Origin: Oikopleura dioica
Lineage: Eukaryota; Animalia; Chordata
Length of the DNA: 64,000 bases
Reading direction: 5' to 3'
Assembly: GCA_907165135.1 (NCBI GenBank)
Contig: OU015566.1
Span: 9,610,001-9,674,000, forward strand
Shown here: in pieces, positions 1 through 8,474 of the stretch
Layout: the number at the start of each line of letters is the position of its first letter
Numbering within the stretch: position 1 is the stretch's first letter
Program-made: the position numbers and the translations under genes
Notes under the pieces: generated by a model
The model's input: only the letters and a program-made list of their open reading frames with translations
Database searches by the model: none
Told to the model about the DNA's origin: nothing

Positions 1-337
1 GTTTTCTGAATTTTGATGAGTCTACTGAGATGGGTACCGCTTAAATATATTTCAATTCATGCTCTAGTAGATTTGACCTTTTACCCGTGAAATATCAATT
101 AGCAATATCAAGATGTAAAAGAATCTACCGATTCTGAGAACCAGATGTAGATACGGCTATTATTGTTACACATGTCTTAGAAAGCAGATGCAACCATGCA
201 GATAGCGGAAGCAGCGGCTGTGGGAACTCCAGATTTTAATCCGATTACTATCAGCCGGACGTACATTGGCGCCATCTTAGCGCTAGACTAAGTTCTCCAT
301 ATTTAACTCCACCCAAAACACGAAACTCCATCAAATT

Positions 338-919
338 ATGTCAAATCTAACAAACCAAAAGCCTCTTGTCGGCTTCAACACTCGAGCAAACGTCGTCTAT
401 CGCAGCAAGAGTCCTTGGTCTCAGACCATCTACGCAGAACCTATCTACGAAGAACCTCCAAGCCCTATCTACGACCCAAACCATCCCGACTACGACGCTT
501 CAGTCTACGACATGCACATTTCAGGAGATCTGACTTACAATCCTGTCAGCCCAGTCTACCAACCCGACGACGCTTCCTCTGCCAGTGACTTCTCCGACAG
601 CGACTCCTCTGACAACGACTCTTCTGAGAGCGATTCTTCCGACAGCAACTCCTCCGACAGCGACTCCTCCGACAGCGATTCATCCGACGACGACTCCTCC
701 GAAGACGATGTCATCACAATCTCAGACGACGATCACATTACAATCTCAGATGACGATGTCATCATGATTTCCGATGATTCAATCATTAGCGTCTCTGATG
801 AGGAGCCAATGGAGATTGACGACGAGCCCGTGCAAGGCTGCGAAGAATGGGAAACAGCTCGGCAACGCTTCATCCAGCATCACATTGACATGGGCAACAT
901 CCGAACAGAAACCGACTAA
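338..919 (+). CDS. Acidic Ser/Asp-rich protein with tandem SUMO-interacting-motif-like repeats (probable Polinton accessory gene)
   Basis: 193-aa ATG ORF converging on the capsid gene. SDSDSS repeats are followed by VITISDDD, HITISDDD, VIMISDD, IISVSDEE. Confidence 0.7.
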   Translation: MSNLTNQKPLVGFNTRANVVYRSKSPWSQTIYAEPIYEEPPSPIYDPNHPDYDASVYDMHISGDLTYNPVSPVYQPDDASSASDFSDSDSSDNDSSESDSSDSNSSDSDSSDSDSSDDDSSEDDVITISDDDHITISDDDVIMISDDSIISVSDEEPMEIDDEPVQGCEEWETARQRFIQHHIDMGNIRTETD

Positions 920-1047
920 TTTTTCCTCCTCTACTCTCATACTTCACCTTAGATTACTGTTTTTCTATTGCTGTGCTTAACCTGCTGTAAATTTTGTCTT
1001 TGTAATAAAACACCAAAAACCTTAAAATTCAGTGTTTTTATTGACAG

Positions 1048-2332
1048 TTAAAGAACTTCTTTTTCGACAGAACCATGCTCGTCGATAGTGATTTTTACAG
1101 AGTGACATGACCAAATTACAAGCGTTTGATTTTCCGATGGATTTTCTTTGAAATCAAGAACGAGATTCAACCATCCTTGCGTTTCTTCTGCTCCAGAAAA
1201 CTCATGCGCAAAAATTGCTGATTTTTTGAATTGGTCAAGTGACAAGGCAACTCCTGAAGTCGTCGATACAAGTCTATCAATAACATCCATAAGACGAAAA
1301 TATGGCCAAATCGGAAGCTCATTCGTTATTTTCTTAATAAAAAATAAGTTTTGAAAACAATGGTGATAACTACCATCGGGAATCCCAAGCAAGATTGACC
1401 ATTCAGAGTCAAATTGACGTTTTGCAAGTCTTCATGAAATGCGAATCTTGTCGTCTCTCGATTAAGTGACCCTTGAAAGGACTCAGTATCCGTGAGCGCA
1501 AAGAAGAGGACATCAGGCGTGTTTCCTCCCTTGATATTATGAAGGGTGATATTTGACGTGTTGGCAGGTAAGTCTCTGGTGGAAACAGTAATTTCCTGGT
1601 ACTTGTATGAAATCGGCTTCGACTTGATTCGAGAAAAATAGTTGCGCATCGAAGGACTTGTTACATATTCACAGAGAGCATAACAATCTTTTATTTCAAG
1701 AGGTTTTCCCTTATGAACAGCTGTGGCTGGGGTTGATCCTATGTAAACCGTAGAAAACTCCGAATTGAGTCGGTTGAATTTGAGTTTCATCGTTGTATTC
1801 AATGGCAGTGGCTTGTTATCCAAGCAGAATCCGTTACTTGGAAAAAATACAAGCTCGTACACATAATAATCGCCATCCTGAGCGCACTGTGGACGTCGTA
1901 ATGTTTGCAGCAGTTCTTTATCAGATTTCCTTTCCAAGTAGTCGTAGACTTCGTGGTCGTAATAGCCTTCAATCTGATACGCTGTCGAAACATAGTCTCG
2001 ATTAAAATTCCCAAATTTAGTCATGTAATCAGCAAGAAAGTATTCGCAACTAAAATAATTCAGCAAAATTAAACAAGTTCATCTTACGTTGTCTTTGAGC
2101 TTGAAATAAGCTGCGAGTTGATCTCAACTTCCATCACACCGAATTGCTTAGCTGCAAATCCATTACTTGGAATATAATCTTTATGAAGCGAAATCGTCAT
2201 ATGAATCGCGATTTTGTTTTTCAGCAAAAATAAGTTCGGGTCGCTTTCAAACTCGAACGTAAGAATCTCTGAAGATTGAAGATCCTTCGGAAAATGTTTT
2301 TTAAGGACGCGAGTGTCATATTTATCCTCCAT
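1048..2332 (-). CDS. Polinton major capsid protein (double jelly-roll), 3 exons, about 401 aa
   Basis: Exons 2332-2088, 2049-1374, 1332-1048 join in frame via GT-AG introns 2087-2050 (38 nt) and 1373-1333 (41 nt). Motifs resemble Maverick MCP (LTFEFES..., EVEINSQLIS, TPDVLFFAL..SFQGS, GWLNLVLDF..LVIW..ITID). Confidence 0.85.
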
Positions 2333-2383
2333 TTTTCTAAAAATTAAAGATATTATTTACTTAAAAAGAGAGTTTATTAGAGT

Positions 2384-2803
2384 TCACCACAATTTGTAAA
2401 GAAGAGACAAAAGTATAGCATCATTGTTGGAAAGTGTACGAGAAAACAAAGAAACTGCTGCAGATAATGAATGAGATTGACGGTACAGAATAAAAAAACA
2501 TGAATATAAACCACAGAAATAAGATTTGTTTGGCTGTATTTTTCGTATTTTACGCACAGGCTTGGATAACAAGAATTTTTTTATAGTTTCTGGATAATTT
2601 GCAAGATTAAGACTGTCATAAACTTCAATACTATTCTCGTCTTCACGAATTGCAAACCAGTGGGTACCTTTCTGATTTGAATTATCAGTATTGAGAATAA
2701 AGAAGGAAGGAAACGATGTGCATTTTGGAATCGCGTCACATGGAAACGATCCTATGAAATTTTGCACACGCTGAAGTCTTTTGACAATAAGAAACTCACT
2801 CAT
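2384..2803 (-). CDS. Adenain-like cysteine (maturation) protease
   Basis: GTHW, VYDS and IQP...FCGLY carry the catalytic H/D/Q/C. The likely ATG at 2803 overlaps the upstream stop (ATGA). Confidence 0.9.
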   Translation of the reverse strand: MSEFLIVKRLQRVQNFIGSFPCDAIPKCTSFPSFFILNTDNSNQKGTHWFAIREDENSIEVYDSLNLANYPETIKKFLLSKPVRKIRKIQPNKSYFCGLYSCFFILYRQSHSLSAAVSLFSRTLSNNDAILLSLLYKLW

Positions 2804-3000
2804 CGTCTTCTCTTTTTCGATCGCTTCTTGGATCTTTTGGAAACGTTTGTTTTTTGAGTATTTCTTTTTTTCTTTGATGATTTTTTGACTCCGTTTGACA
2901 TGCTTGGAGACCATTTTCGTTTACTTTTTCCTTCACCAGTTTGCTGAATAGGGGTCCAGATTTTGCGTCGGTTCTGAAGAGCTTTATTGATCTTTGCCAT
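2800..3000 (-). CDS. Small Lys/Arg-rich putative virion core protein
   Basis: 66-aa highly basic ATG ORF between penton-like and protease genes; contains QTGEG. Confidence 0.55.
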   Translation of the reverse strand: MAKINKALQNRRKIWTPIQQTGEGKSKRKWSPSMSNGVKKSSKKKRNTQKTNVSKRSKKRSKKRRR

Positions 3001-3364
3001 TCGTCTCTCTTATCAGAATCTGGATAAAAATCTCGGAAAATTCAATAGCTCCTGTCTTCACTTTGAGTTCGAAGCAAGTGGCACCAAGCTGATTAGTTCG
3101 CAGCGGATGGAAAACTGTAGGATTGCCTGAGGTCATCTTGAAAAATCGAGCTCCATAAAGAACTAACATCGATAGAGTGTACGGCTTTGGTCCAGGAAGA
3201 GCTTTTATTCCGTTGTAGAGAACCTCTATCAGCGAATATGTTACTTGTTCCGGTTCGATGATCCCGCATATGTTGAGTATCCCGATTTCATAGTTTTTGT
3301 TTTCATCTAGCACAATATCTGGAAGTTTCAAGGGAGTTTTATTTCCGTAAAGACTCAAAATCAT
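2984..3364 (-). CDS. Putative minor capsid (penton-like) protein
   Basis: 126-aa beta-rich ORF in the structural cluster. The C-terminus (VFHPLRTNQL..FELKVKTGAIEF..IQILIR) resembles Maverick penton C-termini but is short. Confidence 0.5.
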   Translation of the reverse strand: MILSLYGNKTPLKLPDIVLDENKNYEIGILNICGIIEPEQVTYSLIEVLYNGIKALPGPKPYTLSMLVLYGARFFKMTSGNPTVFHPLRTNQLGATCFELKVKTGAIEFSEIFIQILIRETNGKDQ

Positions 3365-4469
3365 CAGCGACTTTGTTTAATTCGTAAAAGTATTTGATCC
3401 CTTCTTGTCGATTTCCTTCCAAATCTCCTATTTTATACCAGACAACTCCTGCTCTTTGTCGAACGTCAATAATTTTGTAAAGCTCAGTCGACCAGTTTTG
3501 TTTATAACCCTTATCGAAAATCTCTTTTTTCAGCTTGACTCTGACAATATTTCCAATTTTTAGTTTTGGAGATGTGACGTCGTTGATGTCTGGAAAGAGA
3601 CTGGCAAAAACTTGTTTTCGATTTGACTCGTTCACATCCTTTGGCGCCATCTTTATTGATGAATGAGGAGTTGAGTTGTAACCCTTAACCACTTGATCAA
3701 GAAAGTCAATCCATTTTTTTGACTTGTTTTTCACCATACATTTTTCGAGCCTTTCTTTTATAGTACGATTCGCTCGCTCAGCAATCGACGCTTTTAATGG
3801 GGTTTTTATGCTGTAGTGATGAATGCCATAGCGTTCGTAAATTAATTTTGCCTTGTCATTGTAAAACTCAAGTCCTTGATCCGTGATAAGAGAGTTAGGC
3901 CAAGCGGTAAAATCTTGAAAAATATCGTTAAGACAGTTTGCGGTTGTCGTTTTGTCTTTATTCTTCATAGGTCTCGCCCAGATAAATTTTGTAAAGCAAT
4001 CGATCATCAACAAGATAAATTTATAGCCATGATTATGATAGGGGTCTTTTTGATATTCAATAAGATCTGCCATGAAGATTTGAAATGGGTATTTCACGAT
4101 GATTCGACGACGGGGAAATATTTTCTTGACAATCCGACGATGAGTGCTGTGGATTTTATTCTGACGAAGAAAATCCGCTATTTTCGCTGTAAACGCTGGA
4201 GGATTTTCGACGTTTTCGTAAAGTTCTTTGATCGTCTGACTCGGTTGCGGTTGAGCTGTCGCTATCTGAGGAGTAATATTTTCGTTGCTTTTTGGGTTTT
4301 CTTTCGCGCTTTCGTCTCTTCTTTGTTGATTTTGTGTATCTTTTTGTTCTTTTTCTTTGCGTTTCAACCGGTTCTTCAGCCGAGCAGCTCGTGTCGTCGG
4401 TAAAGCTGTCGATTTCTGAGAAATCTCTTTTACGCGACCTTTCGCAGCTCTGTTTGATCTCGTCCTCAT
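3339..4469 (-). CDS. Retroviral-like (c-integrase) DDE integrase
   Basis: FMADL..IDCFTK, LITDQGLEF and SIAERANRTIKERL give an intact D-D-E; uninterrupted 376 aa; no evident C-terminal chromodomain. Confidence 0.95.
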   Translation of the reverse strand: MRTRSNRAAKGRVKEISQKSTALPTTRAARLKNRLKRKEKEQKDTQNQQRRDESAKENPKSNENITPQIATAQPQPSQTIKELYENVENPPAFTAKIADFLRQNKIHSTHRRIVKKIFPRRRIIVKYPFQIFMADLIEYQKDPYHNHGYKFILLMIDCFTKFIWARPMKNKDKTTTANCLNDIFQDFTAWPNSLITDQGLEFYNDKAKLIYERYGIHHYSIKTPLKASIAERANRTIKERLEKCMVKNKSKKWIDFLDQVVKGYNSTPHSSIKMAPKDVNESNRKQVFASLFPDINDVTSPKLKIGNIVRVKLKKEIFDKGYKQNWSTELYKIIDVRQRAGVVWYKIGDLEGNRQEGIKYFYELNKVADDFESLRK

Positions 4470-5220
4470 TTTTCAAAGTTGCTGAAAATTTTCGCGCTCT
4501 CTCTTCGATTTCGAAAAATCGTGAAAAATCAGTTTCGTTGATAATATAACCCTTCATGCCATCAACTGAGTATACAACCGGATGTTTTGCGAATATATCC
4601 GTGTATAATCTATAGCTCGAGGCAAAAGCTCGCGGCGACTGGTCGATGAGAAAATACGGATATTGTTCATGCTGAGTATCAGCCTCAGCAGCGTCCAATG
4701 CTTTTGTGAGTCCGAGCTGTTGGCAGACCCTTTTGTTTATTCTCAAGTCGCAGTAATTTCGGAGAAGTACTGTTATATTACACTGGTTGCGAATATCTCT
4801 CGTAAATTTGCCAGAAGTAAAATTATTTTGCGTCATAATCATGACATTCAACATTTGTTTTCCGCTTGTGACTCGAAAAAGGTGGTCGACAGCAGTACTT
4901 TCTACAGCACCATCGTAATTATCGTCAATTACGATAGTTGTATCCTCATCCATTTCTTCAATATCTTCTTGAGATGGAATTCCAATCCTGTAAGAGACGG
5001 GAATCTTCAATGTTTTCTCCCAGTTTACCGGGCGCTGCTTTATGAAACATGGGTAATAATAGACGACTCTTTTTGCTTTTCTTTCAAATAAATCACTTCT
5101 CTCCAATATCTTTCCGGCGAGATATGTTTTTCCGCTTCCAGACGCTCCGCTCAAAAGTATTCTGTACGGATACGCAAACTTGGTCTTTGGAATAATATCT
5201 CCGTTTAGTGAGAAACTCAT
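4156..5220 (-). CDS. A32/FtsK-like DNA packaging ATPase
   Basis: Walker A GASGSGKT, Walker B IVIDD, ..MIMTQN motif; charged C-terminal tail overlaps the integrase ORF. Confidence 0.9.
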   Translation of the reverse strand: MSFSLNGDIIPKTKFAYPYRILLSGASGSGKTYLAGKILERSDLFERKAKRVVYYYPCFIKQRPVNWEKTLKIPVSYRIGIPSQEDIEEMDEDTTIVIDDNYDGAVESTAVDHLFRVTSGKQMLNVMIMTQNNFTSGKFTRDIRNQCNITVLLRNYCDLRINKRVCQQLGLTKALDAAEADTQHEQYPYFLIDQSPRAFASSYRLYTDIFAKHPVVYSVDGMKGYIINETDFSRFFEIEERARKFSATLKNEDEIKQSCERSRKRDFSEIDSFTDDTSCSAEEPVETQRKRTKRYTKSTKKRRKRERKPKKQRKYYSSDSDSSTATESDDQRTLRKRRKSSSVYSENSGFSSSE

Positions 5221-6037
5221 TCTGGTAAAAGTCTGCTGGCATCACTCGAATTTATAGGACTTGAAAATAACCTAAGGCAAAATATAGTATTTATTTATTC
5301 CCGTATTTGCAGATTGTTTCAGCGAAGTTTTGAATCATTTTGAAAGAGCAAGTATCTTTGATGAAATTGGTGTTATCTCATGCGAAAATGCTTCATTTTA
5401 TTGGTTTTTTTACCACAATTTGGATGAAATCAATGAGGAAATTTGCGCTTCATTTCATCAATCCTGATTATGTAGAAATTTATGCATCATTTTATGAGTT
5501 GTCACAATATTGTCTTCTTCCTTCTAATTCTTTAGCTTCATTTCGACTTTTTCATAAACATAAAATTTCAAGTTTCATTTTTAGTTTGTGATTTGAACCT
5601 TAATCGCCTCCTCTATAAGCGGACACGTGTCCAAAAGAGGTCGCAATGTGCAGCGTCTTGCGCGAGGTCATGCACCCTGCTGAGCGACTAGCCACCTCAG
5701 CGTGTTACCAACACCTAGCTCCCTCTTTTGTCGTGGACAGTCATAAATACGACCGTAAAACCTGGTTGGGTATCAAACACAAAATGAATCAAAATTCTTT
5801 ATTTTTTCCATGATAATTTTTCGATGAGAATCCATTTTGAAATGAATCCAAATACTTAATTATTTCCATTGACTCAGTTGATAAGTTTTGATAAAATGAA
5901 ACGAGAATAGTAAGAGCAAACAGAGTGAGTATGATGACGACAAAAAATGATTCCACTGTTATAAAATGAAGCTAAATTATTTGTTATTGTCATTGATTTT
6001 CCATTGCCAATAAAAAATTTACAAAATGATATCTTGT

Positions 6038-6475
6038 TTATTCTACAATAGTTGACAGACATAGAGGACATGAATTTGCTTGTTCAAGCCATTTTTTTAT
6101 ACAGGAAAAATGGAATTGATGACGGCAGGCAGGAACTGTTGCAGCGAGAGCGTCTTCTATGTCGTCCAAGCAAATCATGCATGGATCAGCTTCGTGTTCA
6201 ACCAATTTGTGAAGTAGAGCTGCGCAGCGGCGAGAAACTTCCCTTGCATGAGCAGTTGGTCTGGGAACGATTCTCCCATCTGGAGTGACAAACATCGACC
6301 GATTTCGAGCATCGCCCGGCGAAGAAGAGGGGCTGAAGCGAGACGAAGGGAAAAACTGATCTGGTCTGTTTTCAAAATTTCGCTCGACAAACCAGCTCCC
6401 GCATCGACTACAACAATACGGTCTGCAAATAAAATCCGCTCTTTGGTCGCATCCCATACAGAAATAAAGAGACAT
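6038..6475 (-). CDS. RNF115/RNF126-like E3 ligase (N-terminal zinc ribbon + RING-H2)
   Basis: MSLYFCMGC..CCSRCGSWFVE zinc ribbon; CMIC..CRHQFHFSCIKKWL..CPLC RING-H2; TTTAG acceptor 1 nt before the ATG. Confidence 0.8.
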   Translation of the reverse strand: MSLYFCMGCDQRADFICRPYCCSRCGSWFVERNFENRPDQFFPSSRFSPSSSPGDARNRSMFVTPDGRIVPRPTAHAREVSRRCAALLHKLVEHEADPCMICLDDIEDALAATVPACRHQFHFSCIKKWLEQANSCPLCLSTIVE

Positions 6476-6571
6476 TCTAAATTTAAAGTGCTTTATTTCG
6501 AAGGATAAAAAATTAACTTGAGGAAAACAGAAGCGGATTAAGAAAAGAAAAGAAAATAACATTTCGGAATA

Positions 6572-7125
6572 CTAAAAAAGACAATTGCAAGCTACACATC
6601 GTCTCTTAAACAAGTTTTCAGCAATTTTGATGCAGGAATTGCAATAGAAATGACAGCAAGGTGTCTAATAATGATATTCAATAATGCTTGAACCTCTGGG
6701 GTAATTTTAGAATATCATTTCCTGGTAGCTAGCTTTTGGCTCTAAGCAAATATAACAGGTTTTCTCTCCTCTTCTGAAATCTCCCTTTCTCGAGCGATTC
6801 GAAGGTTGGCTTTTCGAATAATTGATTTTGAAGATTCAGCCCAAGAATATTCCAAAGGTCGTCCCCAGTCACGGAAAGCTCTCTGCACATGTTTAATGTA
6901 GACTTTATTTCTCGTTATACGAGCATGTTTGAGAAGCTGTTCCCATTCGCGGGGAGAGTATGGGTGATAATAGTGTTCTCCACATTTGTAACAACAATCC
7001 TCAATTTTGACACGACCGTCTTCTAACGGAGTTCTGATTGTTAGCAATCGAGTCTCATCAATGCATAACATACACCAAATATGAGCGTGACGGGTGGTCA
7101 CTTGATACTTTTCTCCAAAGCTCAT
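6572..7125 (-). pseudogene. RING-HC protein paralog A (frameshift just before the RING)
   Basis: Paralog of 7149-7999. An extra AG near 6761-6768 shifts the frame before CYICLEP. A GA-AG intron 6721-6665 joins ..ASYQ to TPCCHFYCNSC..CVAC. The shift could be an assembly error. Confidence 0.6.
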
Positions 7126-7148
7126 TATCAATCTAGAATTTTAAAGTT

Positions 7149-7999
7149 TTATTCACATAAGAAAAGAGAAAGTTGATATATGAAAAATATCGTAGTAGAG
7201 GTGACAAATTTCGGAAAGATAATTGATCAGAACAATTAATAGTCAAGAAAAAATCCTGCGTAGAGGTGTTCATTTTTTCGAATGTCAATTCCATCGTAAA
7301 CGAATCGTGTGTTGCAAGCTGGGCACTTTTTGTCGAAATGCTTTTTCGCTTTTTCTACACATGAAGTGCAGAAATGATGACAGCATGGCGTCTTATTACG
7401 TTATTCAAATCAGTCGAATAGGAAAATGAGAATTCTGAAACTATTATTTCATAATAATATCTTTCACACTTCTTTTCTCTGAACTGTCGATTAAAGAGAA
7501 TACAGTAAAGAGGACTTGAAACGACGTTATCAAAATAAGATCGTGTCACGACCTCTTTTGTGTAAACCTCTGAAAATTTGAATAGCTTTTCCTGGAAGTC
7601 CGCATTTGGCTCCAAGCAAATCAGGCATTTGGTTTTCTCTTCTTGGCTTATCTCTCGTTCTCGAGCCATTCGAAGATCACTTTTTCGTATGATTGACACA
7701 GCTGGCTCAGCGACAGAGAACATGAGGTCAGGTTTCCAGTCACGATGAAGGCTTTCCATTCCAGCATGGAATCCGTAAATCTTCTTTCTCGTTACGCGAC
7801 AACTGCTGAGAATGTGCTCCCACTCTTTTGGACTGAAAGGTTGATAACAGCACAGCCCGCACTTGTGGCACATATCCTCGCAATCGATAAGTCCCTCAGA
7901 TTGAAATCCCTTTGAGATAAGTCGAGTCTCTTGAATGCACTTAAAGCAAAATATGTGTGCATGTCGAGTAGTCACAATATATTTTCCTGAAGAATTCAT
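7149..7999 (-). CDS. RING-HC protein paralog B with unknown N-terminal CxxC..CxxC domain
   Basis: CLICLEPNADFQ joins TPCCHHFCTSC..CPAC through a GA-AG intron 7591-7392 at the same position as in paralog A. Confidence 0.7.
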
Positions 8000-8320
8000 T
8001 TCTGATAGAATGAAGGGTTGCTGGTCGGAATTTATACCGATCTCAAATTTCCTTAGGCAAAAAATAAATAGACCGTTTCAATCAGAACCTACTTCCGGTT
8101 GAAAGGTCAGAATACAATTTTCAGATGCTGTATATTCTCAAGGAAGCTCACTTCCGGGGTAAAAGATGATTATCTGTGTGCTGTTTCCATGTACATTTCC
8201 CAAAGCAGTCAACAGTAAAAAACATCAAAGATTATCTCTCTTCAGTGAACATTACCCGAGCAGTGATCATCAGAACCAAATTGGATTATCTGTCTACTGT
8301 TCCCATGAACATTTCCCAAA

Positions 8321-8394
8321 CCAGCTTGTCTGGGATACAGGCGGTAATCTGTTTGATCAATTTAACAGTACTTCCTGTATCCCAGACAAGCTGG
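8321..8394. repeat. Perfect 21-bp inverted repeat / long hairpin
   Basis: ccagcttgtctgggatacagg (8321-8341) and its exact reverse complement (8374-8394); the spacer pairs further (gta/tac, ctgtt/aacag). Confidence 0.9.
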
Positions 8395-8474
8395 CGCCAG
8401 ACCGTGAAATTGACCTTTATGTAAAACATGGTGTTTTTACATACTACTCCCAAGCTCATTTTTTATAAGAGAAA

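Larger units (their letters stand above)
338..5220 (-). mobile_element. Polinton/Maverick (adintovirus-like) endogenous virus core module; boundaries unresolved, pPolB not in window
   Basis: Co-oriented, tightly packed integrase, A32/FtsK-like ATPase, adenain-like protease and DJR capsid genes, the established Polinton gene set. No TIR pair was found inside the window. Confidence 0.9.

Noticed and set aside
1-290. Possible terminal exons of a + strand gene (e.g. pPolB) at the window edge
   Set aside because: Could not build a consistent frame or find any polymerase motif.
3876-4403. 175-aa + strand ORF
   Set aside because: Antisense shadow of the integrase/ATPase overlap; no recognisable motifs.
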